NCBI GenBank assembly: GCA_003141895.1 | Contig: PLNT01000040.1 | Span: 80,266 to 144,265, forward strand | Origin: Bacteroidales bacterium | Lineage (GTDB): Bacteria; Bacteroidota; Bacteroidia; Bacteroidales; VadinHA17 | Direction: 5' to 3' | Length of the DNA: 64,000 nt | Part shown: positions 10,326-19,653 of the stretch, in pieces | How the letters are laid out: every line of letters begins with the position of its first letter | Numbering within the stretch: position 1 is the stretch's first letter | Program-made: the position numbers and the translations under genes | Notes under the pieces: model-generated | Told to the model about the DNA's origin: nothing | What the model saw: the letters and a program-made list of their open reading frames with translations, nothing else | Database searches by the model: none

Positions 10326-10511
10326 GTGATAATTTATTTTAGTTCGTTTATACATATCCTTGTTGGATCCGTGCTGCTTTCAGTAATTGGCGGACTTTTA
10401 CTTTTCCTTGTTGTAATAATTTCAGGCATAATATGTATAATTGCCGGTTATGCTCCGGCTAATATAGCTGCTAAAATGAATCCTGTTGAGGCCATTGGCT
10501 TTTCATTCTGA
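10326..10511 (+). pseudogene. Remnant (or small-protein derivative) of the C-terminus of a MacB/FtsX-like ABC permease
   Basis: Ends [21 protein letters not shown] like both downstream paralogs; lacks the whole N-terminal region and 26 internal codons. Confidence 0.75.
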
Positions 10512-10596
10512 TATTAGTATTCTGATGCTTTAAGTTTAAGCTCAATTAATGCTGTTTATTTAACAGATTTCAATGAGGCATTGTAAGCGGTTTTCT

Positions 10597-10604
10597 TATC
10601 TTTG
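10597..10604 (+). promoter_or_regulatory. Bacteroidota sigma-A -7 element (TATCTTTG); duplicated at 11939-11946
   Basis: GGTTTTCTTATCTTTG precedes both permease genes at a similar distance from ATG. Confidence 0.6.
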
Positions 10605-10637
10605 GACCTTCAAAATAAGGATCTAAAAAATAGCTTA

Positions 10638-11885
10638 ATGTTTTTCAGACTTTTCAAAGAAGGTTTTCTGTTTGCTTTCAATTCGGTTATAGTTAATAAA
10701 TTGAGAACATTCCTTTCGCTTTTTGGCATTACTATAGGTATCTTCTCAATTATTTCAGTATTTACTGTACTCGACTGGATGGAGAAATCAATCCATGAAA
10801 GTATCTCGACGCTTGGAGATAATGTAATTTATGTTCAGAAATTTCCATGGTCTTTTGATCCAAACCTGGCATGGTGGGATATTATTAAATGGCCTGCTAT
10901 CTCCGAACGCGATTATCAGGCAATTTTAAAGAGATCGACTAAATCAGTAACTACCAGTTTCCTTGCCGCTCAGCCAGAAAAGATAAAATACAAGAAGAAT
11001 ATCGCAAATGATGTAACAATCGCTGCGGTAACTCTTGAATTTCAGAAAATAAGATCATTTGAGATTGACAATGGAAGGTACTTTTCTCCTTCGGAAGCCT
11101 CGTCAGGAAAAAATGTTGCCTTACTCGGTGCTGAAATCGCAAACAGGTTATTTGAAAAATCAGATCCTGTTGGTAAGGAGATAACAATAGCCGGCTTTAA
11201 AACAACTGTTATAGGCGTTTTAAAAAAAGAGGGTAAAGGGGGAATAAGCGACAATGGTATGGATGACCTTACACTCGTCCCTCTGAACTTTGGAAAAAGC
11301 TTTATAAATATGCGAAATACATTTCTCGATGCTCAGCTGATGATAAAAGCCAAACCAGGAGTAGACATTCAGGAATTAAGTGATGAAACGACGATGATTC
11401 TGAGAGCTGCCAGGAGTCTGCGACCTGAAGAAATTTCTGATTTCTCTGTAAACAGGGCAAGTATGTTGTCGCAGGGATTAGATTCTATTTTTGTAGCAAT
11501 AAACCTGGGAGGCTGGGTTATTGGAGGCTTTGCGATTCTTGTCGGCGGCTTCGGGATTGCAAATATCATGTTTGTTTCCGTAAGGGAAAGAACAAATATT
11601 ATAGGTATTCAAAAAGCTCTCGGTGCAAAAAGATTTTTCATATTGCAACAATTTCTCGTTGAATCCACTCTCCTTTCCATGATTGGTGGACTGCTGGGCG
11701 TATTTATGATATTTCTCGGTACTCTGGTGGTAAATTATCTCTGGGATATGAATATGCATCTCACCATTGCAAATATCTTTCTGGCATTATTCATCTCTGG
11801 AATAATCGGCATTGTTGCAGGATATGCACCTGCTAACTCTGCGGCTAAGATGAACCCTGTCGAGGCCATTGGCTTTTCATTCTGA
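10638..11885 (+). CDS. MacB/FtsX-family ABC transporter permease (paralog 1; ATG at 10638)
   Basis: [16 protein letters not shown], periplasmic domain, [27 protein letters not shown]+EA+ C-terminus. Confidence 0.9.
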   Translation: MFFRLFKEGFLFAFNSVIVNKLRTFLSLFGITIGIFSIISVFTVLDWMEKSIHESISTLGDNVIYVQKFPWSFDPNLAWWDIIKWPAISERDYQAILKRSTKSVTTSFLAAQPEKIKYKKNIANDVTIAAVTLEFQKIRSFEIDNGRYFSPSEASSGKNVALLGAEIANRLFEKSDPVGKEITIAGFKTTVIGVLKKEGKGGISDNGMDDLTLVPLNFGKSFINMRNTFLDAQLMIKAKPGVDIQELSDETTMILRAARSLRPEEISDFSVNRASMLSQGLDSIFVAINLGGWVIGGFAILVGGFGIANIMFVSVRERTNIIGIQKALGAKRFFILQQFLVESTLLSMIGGLLGVFMIFLGTLVVNYLWDMNMHLTIANIFLALFISGIIGIVAGYAPANSAAKMNPVEAIGFSF

Positions 11886-11981
11886 TTTTTGTATTTTAAT
11901 AACTTAAATTATAGTAGGTTGAATTCTGATGGTTTTCTTATCTTTGATCCAGTCCATGATCATTGATTAAAAAACTGCACA

Positions 11982-13229
11982 ATGTTTTTCAGACTTTTCA
12001 AAGAAGGGTTTTTGTTTGCTTTCAATTCTATTATTGTTAATAAGCTGAGAACTTTCCTTTCGCTTTTTGGAATCACCATAGGCATATTTTCGATCATCTC
12101 GGTTTTTACTGTGCTCGACTGGATGGAAAAATCAGTACATGACGAAATCTCGACCCTGGGGGAAAATGTGATCTACGTACATAAGTTTCCCTGGGGTCTC
12201 AGTATGAACGAACCCTGGTGGGATATTATAAAACGACCTGTCGTTACGAAAGATGACTATGTTGCTATTCTCAACAGGTCGACAAGATCAGCCTCAGTTT
12301 GCTTATCAGTCGGCCAGTCAGTACAAATCAAATACAAGAAAAATCTTGCCAGTGATGTCTATGCAAGCGCAGTTTCTCCTGAATTTGAAAATATCAGGTC
12401 ATTCGAAATCGATAATGGCCGTTATTTTACTCCCGAAGAACTGGCGGCCGGAAGGAATTCAGCAATTGTGGGTGCTGTGATAGCTGAGAAATTATTTGAA
12501 AAGGCCGATCCTGTTGGAAAACAGGTTACAATTTCAGGCAAGAGGACCAATGTTATTGGTGTATTTAAAAAGGAAGGCAAAGGAGGGATTAGTGATAACG
12601 GAATGGATGAACAGACATTAGTTCCTCTTAACTTTGGCAAGACTTTTATGAATATGAAAAATAATTTTCTTGATGCTACTCTTATGATCAAAGCAAAAGA
12701 CGGCGTCCTGGTTCAGGAATTAAGTGACGAAGCGACGATGATTCTTAGAGCAGCAAGGAGACTTCGTCCTGAAATGAAAGACAATTTTGCAATTAACAGG
12801 GCAAGTCTTATAACTCAAAGTTTTAGTGGTGTTTTTGCGGCTATAAATATTGGAGGGTGGATCATTGGAGGATTCGCTATCCTTGTCGGGGGTTTCGGAA
12901 TAGCTAACATAATGTTCGTTTCCGTAAAGGAACGGACGAATATTATAGGTATCCAGAAAGCGCTTGGCGCAAAACGATTTTTTATTCTTCAGCAATTTTT
13001 AGTCGAATCCGTACTACTTTCTATAATCGGAGGAATCCTTGGAATATTCATGATTTTCCTTGGGACTCTCATAGTAAACTATCTGTGGGAATTGAATATG
13101 TATCTTACAATCAGTAATATTTTTCTTGCAATATTTATCTCCGGAATAATTGGTGTTGTAGCAGGTTATGCCCCAGCCAGTACTGCAGCAAAAATGAATC
13201 CGGTCGAAGCCATAGGTTACTCATTCTGA
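11982..13229 (+). CDS. MacB/FtsX-family ABC transporter permease (paralog 2)
   Basis: Same motifs as 10638-11885; tandem paralog. Confidence 0.9.
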   Translation: MFFRLFKEGFLFAFNSIIVNKLRTFLSLFGITIGIFSIISVFTVLDWMEKSVHDEISTLGENVIYVHKFPWGLSMNEPWWDIIKRPVVTKDDYVAILNRSTRSASVCLSVGQSVQIKYKKNLASDVYASAVSPEFENIRSFEIDNGRYFTPEELAAGRNSAIVGAVIAEKLFEKADPVGKQVTISGKRTNVIGVFKKEGKGGISDNGMDEQTLVPLNFGKTFMNMKNNFLDATLMIKAKDGVLVQELSDEATMILRAARRLRPEMKDNFAINRASLITQSFSGVFAAINIGGWIIGGFAILVGGFGIANIMFVSVKERTNIIGIQKALGAKRFFILQQFLVESVLLSIIGGILGIFMIFLGTLIVNYLWELNMYLTISNIFLAIFISGIIGVVAGYAPASTAAKMNPVEAIGYSF

Positions 13230-14009
13230 TTTTATCCTGTTCGCATCTATCCAGTTTGTCAGCTTAACAAACTGCTCAACGGATAATTGCTCGGGGCGTA
13301 ATCCAAATTCATAATAATCATCACGGCTAAGCTCAAATGCTGCCCGCACTGAGTTTCTGAGTGTTTTTCTTCTCTGATTAAAGCAGGCTTTTACAACCCT
13401 GAAAAATAATGTCTCATCACAGTCGAGGTTCGTGACGTCATTTCTGATCAACCTGATCACCCCTGATTTCACCTTCGGAGGAGGTGAAAAGACATGTTCC
13501 GATACCGTAAAAAGATATTCCGCTTTATAGAATGCCTGAAGAAGAACGCTCAGAATACCGTATGTTTTTGAGCCGGGACCAGCACATATTCTTTCAGCGA
13601 CTTCCTTCTGCAGCGTCCCGGCTATCTCCACAATTTTATCCCTATGTTTCAGGACTTTGAATAATATCTGGGTTGATATATTATAGGGAAAATTTCCTAT
13701 AATCGCCATTTTCTCACTAAAGTATTTGTCAATTTCCATTGAAAGGAAATCGCCTGTAGTAATATCCAGCTGAGCATAGTGAGATTTAAGATAATGAACT
13801 GATTCATTGTCAATTTCGATAACCCTGAAATCACTGAACCCCCGCTCCAAAAGAAATTCTGTGAGTATTCCCATTCCCGGGCCTATTTCAAGAACAGAGT
13901 CATATCCTTCTCCTGTAAGAGAATCCGCAATTCTTTTAGCTATTGACGCATCCTTCATGAAATGCTGACCAAGGTTCTTTTTGGGATATACTTTTCTATT
14001 CTTGTCCAT
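13221..14009 (-). CDS. rsmA: 16S rRNA dimethyladenosine transferase RsmA/KsgA
   Basis: [45 protein letters not shown]. Confidence 0.96.
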   Translation of the reverse strand: MDKNRKVYPKKNLGQHFMKDASIAKRIADSLTGEGYDSVLEIGPGMGILTEFLLERGFSDFRVIEIDNESVHYLKSHYAQLDITTGDFLSMEIDKYFSEKMAIIGNFPYNISTQILFKVLKHRDKIVEIAGTLQKEVAERICAGPGSKTYGILSVLLQAFYKAEYLFTVSEHVFSPPPKVKSGVIRLIRNDVTNLDCDETLFFRVVKACFNQRRKTLRNSVRAAFELSRDDYYEFGLRPEQLSVEQFVKLTNWIDANRIKSE

Positions 14010-14033
14010 ATCAAATTTACTTAGTCTATTTCA

Positions 14034-14126
14034 CTATACACCAGTTGAGGGCTCAGAGCACAGGGCACAGGGCTGAGATAGAGATTCTTTCCAGATATCA
14101 AGCTGTTCAAATCTAAAATCGTCCAT
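14034..14126 (-). pseudogene. Truncated four-helix-bundle (23S rRNA-IVP-like) gene remnant
   Basis: Manual translation MDDFRFEQLDIWKESLSQPCALCSEPSTGV*. The first 15 aa match the FRFE-x-L-x-(I/V)W N-terminal motif of this family, then the frame runs into the repeat. Confidence 0.6.
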
Positions 14127-14184
14127 ATTATTAAATTTTAAGTGATTCTATGAACCCTGTGCCCTGTGCCCTGCGCCCTGTGCC
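14048..14184. repeat. Inverted heptamer tandem arrays (AGGGCAC)n ... (GCCCTGT)n
   Basis: AGGGCTC AGAGCAC AGGGCAC AGGGCTG (14048-14075) and ACCCTGT GCCCTGT GCCCTGC GCCCTGT GCC (14154-14184). Confidence 0.85.
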
Positions 14185-14185
14185 T

Positions 14186-17100
14186 TTATACCTGAAGCAA
14201 ATCTCTTCCGAATTTTCTGAGTATTGGTAAATTAAGCGATTCGAGAAACCTTATAAGACGCTTAAGTATATTGTAATATAAAGTCACAAAAAGACCTGCA
14301 ATCATGAACCAGACTGCCATCATATTGAATAACAGAGTTTCTATTTTAAGATTTCCAATTTGTTTATAAGGTGCAAAAAAATGGGCCCGTCCATATTTTG
14401 ATCCAGGGGGCATAAATATCGGATCTGCTTTCTGGATAAGACGATCGTCTGCATCATATATTTTATTGGTTGATAATCTGTTAAGCACATAATTTGCCAT
14501 ATTTTCATTGTAATTCGCTGCTCTCAAAGCAACGAACTGATCCTCTCCGATCCTTGTCTCTAAAAGGTTATAGAGTGAGTCGCGTGTAAAGGTTATGAGT
14601 CTGCTATGCAATCTGAATGATCCTCTTAAACTATCAAGCATTTTCTTTGTGTCCCTTGCAACTGATTCATTGAAATCCTGATAATTTAAATAGCGGATCC
14701 AGGGACCCGGCTGAATACCTGATACATTTGAAAGATATTTAATATGAAAATTGATTTTTTTAAGATCTGTTTCAACATCCGTCTTAGAATCAGGGTTTTT
14801 ATCCGAGGCTAGACAATTGTCGACTTTTAACTTCAGAGCAGGAACCAGAAAAGATGCATTCCAGTCATTCTGGCTAACAGTCATATCATAATAAAAGAAA
14901 GGCTTCACAAATGAGTTAGTTTTGAACTGTTCAACGCATAATGCTTCATATGCCCATCGTGTAACCATAATATCACCGATGAACGGGACATATATTTTCT
15001 TACTGATTGATTGATGCAGGTCATCAAATTTTATCATAGCTCCACCAAGTAAAAGCTGTGGAACCAGAATAAGAGGTATTAGTATATAAATGCTAACTGC
15101 GGTTCGCATACCGGCAGAAATATTTAGTCCCAACAGGTTGGCAAAACATGCTGTTGAAAAAAGTATGAGCCATTGCTGAAAAAGCATTCCTCTAACTTCA
15201 AGAATATAGTTAGCTACAAGTATAAAAGAAAGTGACTGTATGGCAGATATAGAAAAAAGGAAATTAATTTTCGAAATGAGATAACTTAATCTGCTCAGAT
15301 CAAGAAATTTCTCTCTTTCAAGGATTTTTCTATCACGGAAAATTTCCTCTGCACTAACTGTAAGTCCCATAAAAAGAGCGACAATAACTGCCATGAAGAG
15401 GAATATAGGGTAATTCTTGTTTGTAGAAAAACTGTATACACCGTTCTCACTGAATTTTGAGATATAACCCAGAATGAATGCCAATAATGGCGCCTCAAGA
15501 AGGTTTATTGTCATATACTGACGATCAGCCAATTTTCTGGTTATATTTCGTCTTATGAAGGTCCTGATCTGATCAGATTTTTTTGGGACCCTGAAATTGC
15601 TTGGCGGAATTACTGACTTTTCAGGCTTTTCACCAAGTACAGGCATCATTTTCTTCTTGTATTTTTCGTACCATTCCTTAGGACTTATCTGTCTTTCTTT
15701 GCCTGGATAACCTGAATTGTCAATGACCTTAACCTCAACTATATGCAGAATATTGTCAGTCTCAACATTTCCGCAATTCGGGCATTCGCTTTCTGCAGCA
15801 TTGGCCTGTGAAGTTTCCGTTTTGAAATATACCAGTGCCTCAACCGGATCTCCATCATAAATCATATAACCACCTTTATCGAGCAACCATAATCTGTCAA
15901 ACATTTTAATAATATCCGAAGAGGGCTGATGTATGATGGCAAAAACAAGTTTCCCGCTGAGAGATTGGTTTCTCAATAGACTCATAACTTTTTCGGAATC
16001 AAAAGACGATAATCCCGAAGTTGGTTCATCGATGAACAGTACCACCGGTTCACGCATAAGCTCCAGACCAATGTTTAATCTTTTTCGCTGTCCGCCGCTT
16101 ACTTTTTTATTCATAATATCTCCGACCTGCATGTCGTGGATATCATAAAGATCAAGATCCTGAAGTACTTTATGGACAGTATTTTTTAATTGTTCCTCAT
16201 TATAATCTCCGAAACATAACCTGGCGTTGAAATAAAGATTCTGATATACAGTCAGCTCTTCTATCAGCATGTCATCCTGAGGCACAAAGCCTATCAAACC
16301 CTTTAATTCATCTGAATCATGGTTGATATCATACCCGTTGATGAAAATATTGCCTGATGAAGGTTTAATCTTCCCATGCAGCAGATTAAGTAATGTAGTT
16401 TTACCAACACCGCTTCCTCCCATTATTCCAATCAGGTTTCCTGATTCGACCCTGAAATTCATTTTCTGAAGACCATTATCGGAATTCTTGAATTGGAACT
16501 CTACATCATGGCCTTCGAAGATTATTTTCTCAGGAAATTTCCTTGAAACAAATTTTTTAAAAATCTTAGAATAATAGATCGGATCTATTCCCTGTCCTTT
16601 AATATTCACTCCCCGGTCGAGAAGGTAAGGCCTGCATGCAATAATGTCTCTTCCTTTAAAATAAAGTACGAGAGAACCGTCATACGTAAATAAAAGAGTG
16701 CCTGTGCTTTCCAGATGCATCACCACCAGGTGCCCTTTGAAACCTTTTATCCTGATGTGACGCCACTTGTCGTAATTTTTATAAAGACCGGAACCTGAAA
16801 ATTCGGGGTTGTCGCTTTCAATAATTAAAATACATTCAGGAGAAACATTATCGTACGACCTGCCAATCATAAAGGCGATTGCATTATCATACTCCTTCTT
16901 CGAAATATTGAAAGTCCTTGATACGATGTCGATTATAGTTCTTTCCTGTTCAGAGATCATTCCATCTTCAAATGCAAATTCGATAAGCTGAAGAAAAACG
17001 ATCATTCTTTCTTCAAGGAACAGTCCCTTTTTGATCTGGCGGCATATATTTGTTATCTGAAAAGAGATAAGAGACTCATCATCTGCCAGTTCAGCCTTGT

Positions 17101-17299
17101 CTACGCTTTTCAGTTCATTCGAATAGAACTCAAGATTATTCTCGAAAAGAGAATAGTATTCTTCTTCAAGTTCCCGGTTAAGATATCTTCTCAGGTAACT
17201 TCGCAGAATTTTTTTCCCCCTTGAAGAAATTCCGGCCGGGTTAATGGTCGAAACGATAGCAAAAATATGAATTAAGGCAAGTAAGACCGATTCCCTCAT
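14186..17299 (-). CDS. Fused ABCG/ABC-2-type transporter (N-terminal TerB-like domain, NBD, ABC2 membrane domain, C-terminal extracytoplasmic loop)
   Basis: Walker A GGSGVGKTT, signature VSGGQRKR, Walker B LFIDEPTSGL, H-loop IHQPS; six-TM region about aa 600-760; TerB-like EDGMISEQE...IVSRTFNI near the N-terminus. Confidence 0.85.
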   Translation of the reverse strand: MRESVLLALIHIFAIVSTINPAGISSRGKKILRSYLRRYLNRELEEEYYSLFENNLEFYSNELKSVDKAELADDESLISFQITNICRQIKKGLFLEERMIVFLQLIEFAFEDGMISEQERTIIDIVSRTFNISKKEYDNAIAFMIGRSYDNVSPECILIIESDNPEFSGSGLYKNYDKWRHIRIKGFKGHLVVMHLESTGTLLFTYDGSLVLYFKGRDIIACRPYLLDRGVNIKGQGIDPIYYSKIFKKFVSRKFPEKIIFEGHDVEFQFKNSDNGLQKMNFRVESGNLIGIMGGSGVGKTTLLNLLHGKIKPSSGNIFINGYDINHDSDELKGLIGFVPQDDMLIEELTVYQNLYFNARLCFGDYNEEQLKNTVHKVLQDLDLYDIHDMQVGDIMNKKVSGGQRKRLNIGLELMREPVVLFIDEPTSGLSSFDSEKVMSLLRNQSLSGKLVFAIIHQPSSDIIKMFDRLWLLDKGGYMIYDGDPVEALVYFKTETSQANAAESECPNCGNVETDNILHIVEVKVIDNSGYPGKERQISPKEWYEKYKKKMMPVLGEKPEKSVIPPSNFRVPKKSDQIRTFIRRNITRKLADRQYMTINLLEAPLLAFILGYISKFSENGVYSFSTNKNYPIFLFMAVIVALFMGLTVSAEEIFRDRKILEREKFLDLSRLSYLISKINFLFSISAIQSLSFILVANYILEVRGMLFQQWLILFSTACFANLLGLNISAGMRTAVSIYILIPLILVPQLLLGGAMIKFDDLHQSISKKIYVPFIGDIMVTRWAYEALCVEQFKTNSFVKPFFYYDMTVSQNDWNASFLVPALKLKVDNCLASDKNPDSKTDVETDLKKINFHIKYLSNVSGIQPGPWIRYLNYQDFNESVARDTKKMLDSLRGSFRLHSRLITFTRDSLYNLLETRIGEDQFVALRAANYNENMANYVLNRLSTNKIYDADDRLIQKADPIFMPPGSKYGRAHFFAPYKQIGNLKIETLLFNMMAVWFMIAGLFVTLYYNILKRLIRFLESLNLPILRKFGRDLLQV

Positions 17300-17312
17300 A
17301 AAAACATTAAGT

Positions 17313-17347
17313 AAAAAAAAGACCGCAAAGTAAGATTCTTTGCGGCC
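17313..17347 (-). terminator. Intrinsic terminator between lipoprotein and ABC genes
   Basis: Minus strand GGCCGCAAAG-aatctta-CTTTGCGGTC-TTTTTTTT. Confidence 0.75.
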
Positions 17348-17364
17348 AAATATCTTTGAATTAA

Positions 17365-18186
17365 TTACTGTACGATCTGATCTCTTACGTCACCAATAAC
17401 CTTGGTTATATCTTGAATGTTTTTATCGGTCAGGCTTGTACCAATGCCTTCATATACTTTTTTAACAGGATCCAACCTCTTTACAAAATCCCCAACCTGC
17501 GGATCGTTCAGATAAGGTTTGGTAATATCGAGGAAAAGATCGAATGATTTCTTCTGTTCAAGCAGAACTTTTGAAATTCCTGCTATCTGGTAGGCAGCCT
17601 CTGATACGTGTGTGGTAAGATACATACCTTCCACCCAGGCACCACCAACGACGAGTAATGCCAGGGGTTGTTGGTCATTATCACTCAGATAAGCATAAGT
17701 ATCATTGAATGTGCCTTTAAGGATCTTTACAAGTTCATCCTTATTATCAAAATTCTGTTTTATCTTAGTATACATGTCTTCATTATATATTTTTGACATG
17801 TTAAGCTCATTTGAAAGGGATCTTATAACATCCAGATAATCAATTACTGACTGTTGCTGATTGTAAAGTGTAGCATAACTCAAATCTGCACCAAAAACGC
17901 CCAGGTTAATTGCTCTGGTTGAACTAATAAAATACTTCTTGGAATTTGCAACCGGATTTGATATACCGATAATATAACCGACCTCAAGATCTGTCAGCAT
18001 TTTAATAACCTCAGCTGATGTGGGTAATGGATACACATGCGATTCAATCTGACCCGGAATTTGTTTAACCAGTTCTTTTTCCTCATTTTTCTTCTGTTTC
18101 GAAGCTGATCTGTCTTTGCATGAACTCAGACATGTGAAACTTATTATCAGCAATGGAAGTATAAAACCTGCAAAAATCTTTTTCAT
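17365..18186 (-). CDS. Uncharacterised alpha-helical lipoprotein
   Basis: Signal peptide with lipobox (LSSC); conserved-looking NLGVFGADLSYA and GGAWVEGMY motifs. Confidence 0.75.
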   Translation of the reverse strand: MKKIFAGFILPLLIISFTCLSSCKDRSASKQKKNEEKELVKQIPGQIESHVYPLPTSAEVIKMLTDLEVGYIIGISNPVANSKKYFISSTRAINLGVFGADLSYATLYNQQQSVIDYLDVIRSLSNELNMSKIYNEDMYTKIKQNFDNKDELVKILKGTFNDTYAYLSDNDQQPLALLVVGGAWVEGMYLTTHVSEAAYQIAGISKVLLEQKKSFDLFLDITKPYLNDPQVGDFVKRLDPVKKVYEGIGTSLTDKNIQDITKVIGDVRDQIVQ

Positions 18187-18461
18187 TTTGAGTTAAATTT
18201 TAATTTTAGATAATCATTCAAAAACCGTCATAAAAGTAATAAATAATATTGAAATTTCTAAGTGTCCAGAGTTTGGAGTACCTAGATTGCCTAAAAAACT
18301 AGGAAAAAAGTGAATTTAATCCAATTATTCAATCTATAAATCCAAAATTGAGTTTTTACTCTCCATAAACACATTTTGTTCCCAATTGATCTTTAGTCAC
18401 TCCAAACTTCCTGACATTTTTTCCCTATCTTTAGACCCCTGAAATAAGACTATAAATCAGG

Positions 18462-19634
18462 ATGTGGGATTTCGATGAACCTGTTGCAAGAGAGGGAACT
18501 GACTGCATAAAATATGACCGCCGGCAGGAGACTTTCGGATCGAAGGATGTTATACCGATGTGGGTAGCCGATATGGATTTTAAGTGCCCCGATTTTGTAG
18601 TAGAATCTCTTCGTAACCGTACTGAGCATGAAATATTTGGATATTCTTATCGTCCACCTGAATATTATCTGTCAATTATCAACTGGATCAAATCACGTCA
18701 CAATTGGAAAGTCGAAAAGGAATGGATTTCCTTTTGTCCGGGAGTGGTGCCTGCGCTTAACTTCTGTACACTTGGATTTACCGAGCCAGGAGACAGTATA
18801 ATAGTACAGCCTCCTGTATATTTTCCTTTCTTTTCAGCTGCTGAATCGCATGGCAGAAAGCTGATTTATAACAAACTCATTGAGACCGATGGCAAGTGGT
18901 CAATTGATTTCGATTCACTCGTATCAGCAATTACCACGAAAACCAAAATGATAATTATTTCCAATCCGCATAATCCGGTTGGAAGAGTGTGGAGCCTGGC
19001 AGAACTGAACAATCTTGCTGACATCTGTATTGAAAAAAACATCCTGATCATTTCCGATGAAATTCATTGCGATCTCATTTTGCCGGGATTCATTCATACT
19101 CCTATGGCATCGTTATCTGAAAAAATTGCCTCGAAAACCGTAACTCTTATTGCCCCAAGCAAAACATTCAATCTTGCAGGACTTTCAACATCTTCAGTAA
19201 TCATACCCGATCCGGAATTAAGAAAATCTTTTAATCGCGTTATCGACAACCTGCACATTGGAGGTGGTAATATTTTTGGGACCGTAGCTTCAATTGCCGC
19301 TTATACCCATGGAGAGAAATGGCTTGGAAAATTAATGCTCTATATTGATGACAATATTGAATATGTAATTGACTATTGCAGAAATATGATTCCTGAAATC
19401 ATACCGGTTAAGCCCGAAGCTACTTATATGATATGGCTGGATTGCAGGAAATTTCAGATGCCAGGCAAGGAATTACAGAATTTCTTCATTCAAAAAGCCG
19501 GAGTGGGAATGAATGAAGGATCAACCTTTGGTCCGGGGGGTGAAGGATTTATGAGAATGAATATAGGAACTACACACAATACTATAAAAAAAGCAATGGA
19601 ACAGATTGAAAAGGCTGTTTCAGAGCTGCGATGA
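18462..19634 (+). CDS. PLP-dependent MalY/PatB family C-S lyase (cystathionine beta-lyase-like)
   Basis: PMWVADMDF, NPHNPVG, SDEIHCD, APSKTFNLAGL. Confidence 0.92.
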   Translation: MWDFDEPVAREGTDCIKYDRRQETFGSKDVIPMWVADMDFKCPDFVVESLRNRTEHEIFGYSYRPPEYYLSIINWIKSRHNWKVEKEWISFCPGVVPALNFCTLGFTEPGDSIIVQPPVYFPFFSAAESHGRKLIYNKLIETDGKWSIDFDSLVSAITTKTKMIIISNPHNPVGRVWSLAELNNLADICIEKNILIISDEIHCDLILPGFIHTPMASLSEKIASKTVTLIAPSKTFNLAGLSTSSVIIPDPELRKSFNRVIDNLHIGGGNIFGTVASIAAYTHGEKWLGKLMLYIDDNIEYVIDYCRNMIPEIIPVKPEATYMIWLDCRKFQMPGKELQNFFIQKAGVGMNEGSTFGPGGEGFMRMNIGTTHNTIKKAMEQIEKAVSELR

Positions 19635-19653
19635 ATGTAATAATATACCTTAA

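Noticed and set aside
10326-13229. Diversity-generating retroelement (remnant as template repeat, permease ends as variable repeats)
   Set aside because: Mismatches are not adenine-specific and are largely synonymous, and no reverse transcriptase is present. A four-helix-bundle remnant nearby is not sufficient evidence.
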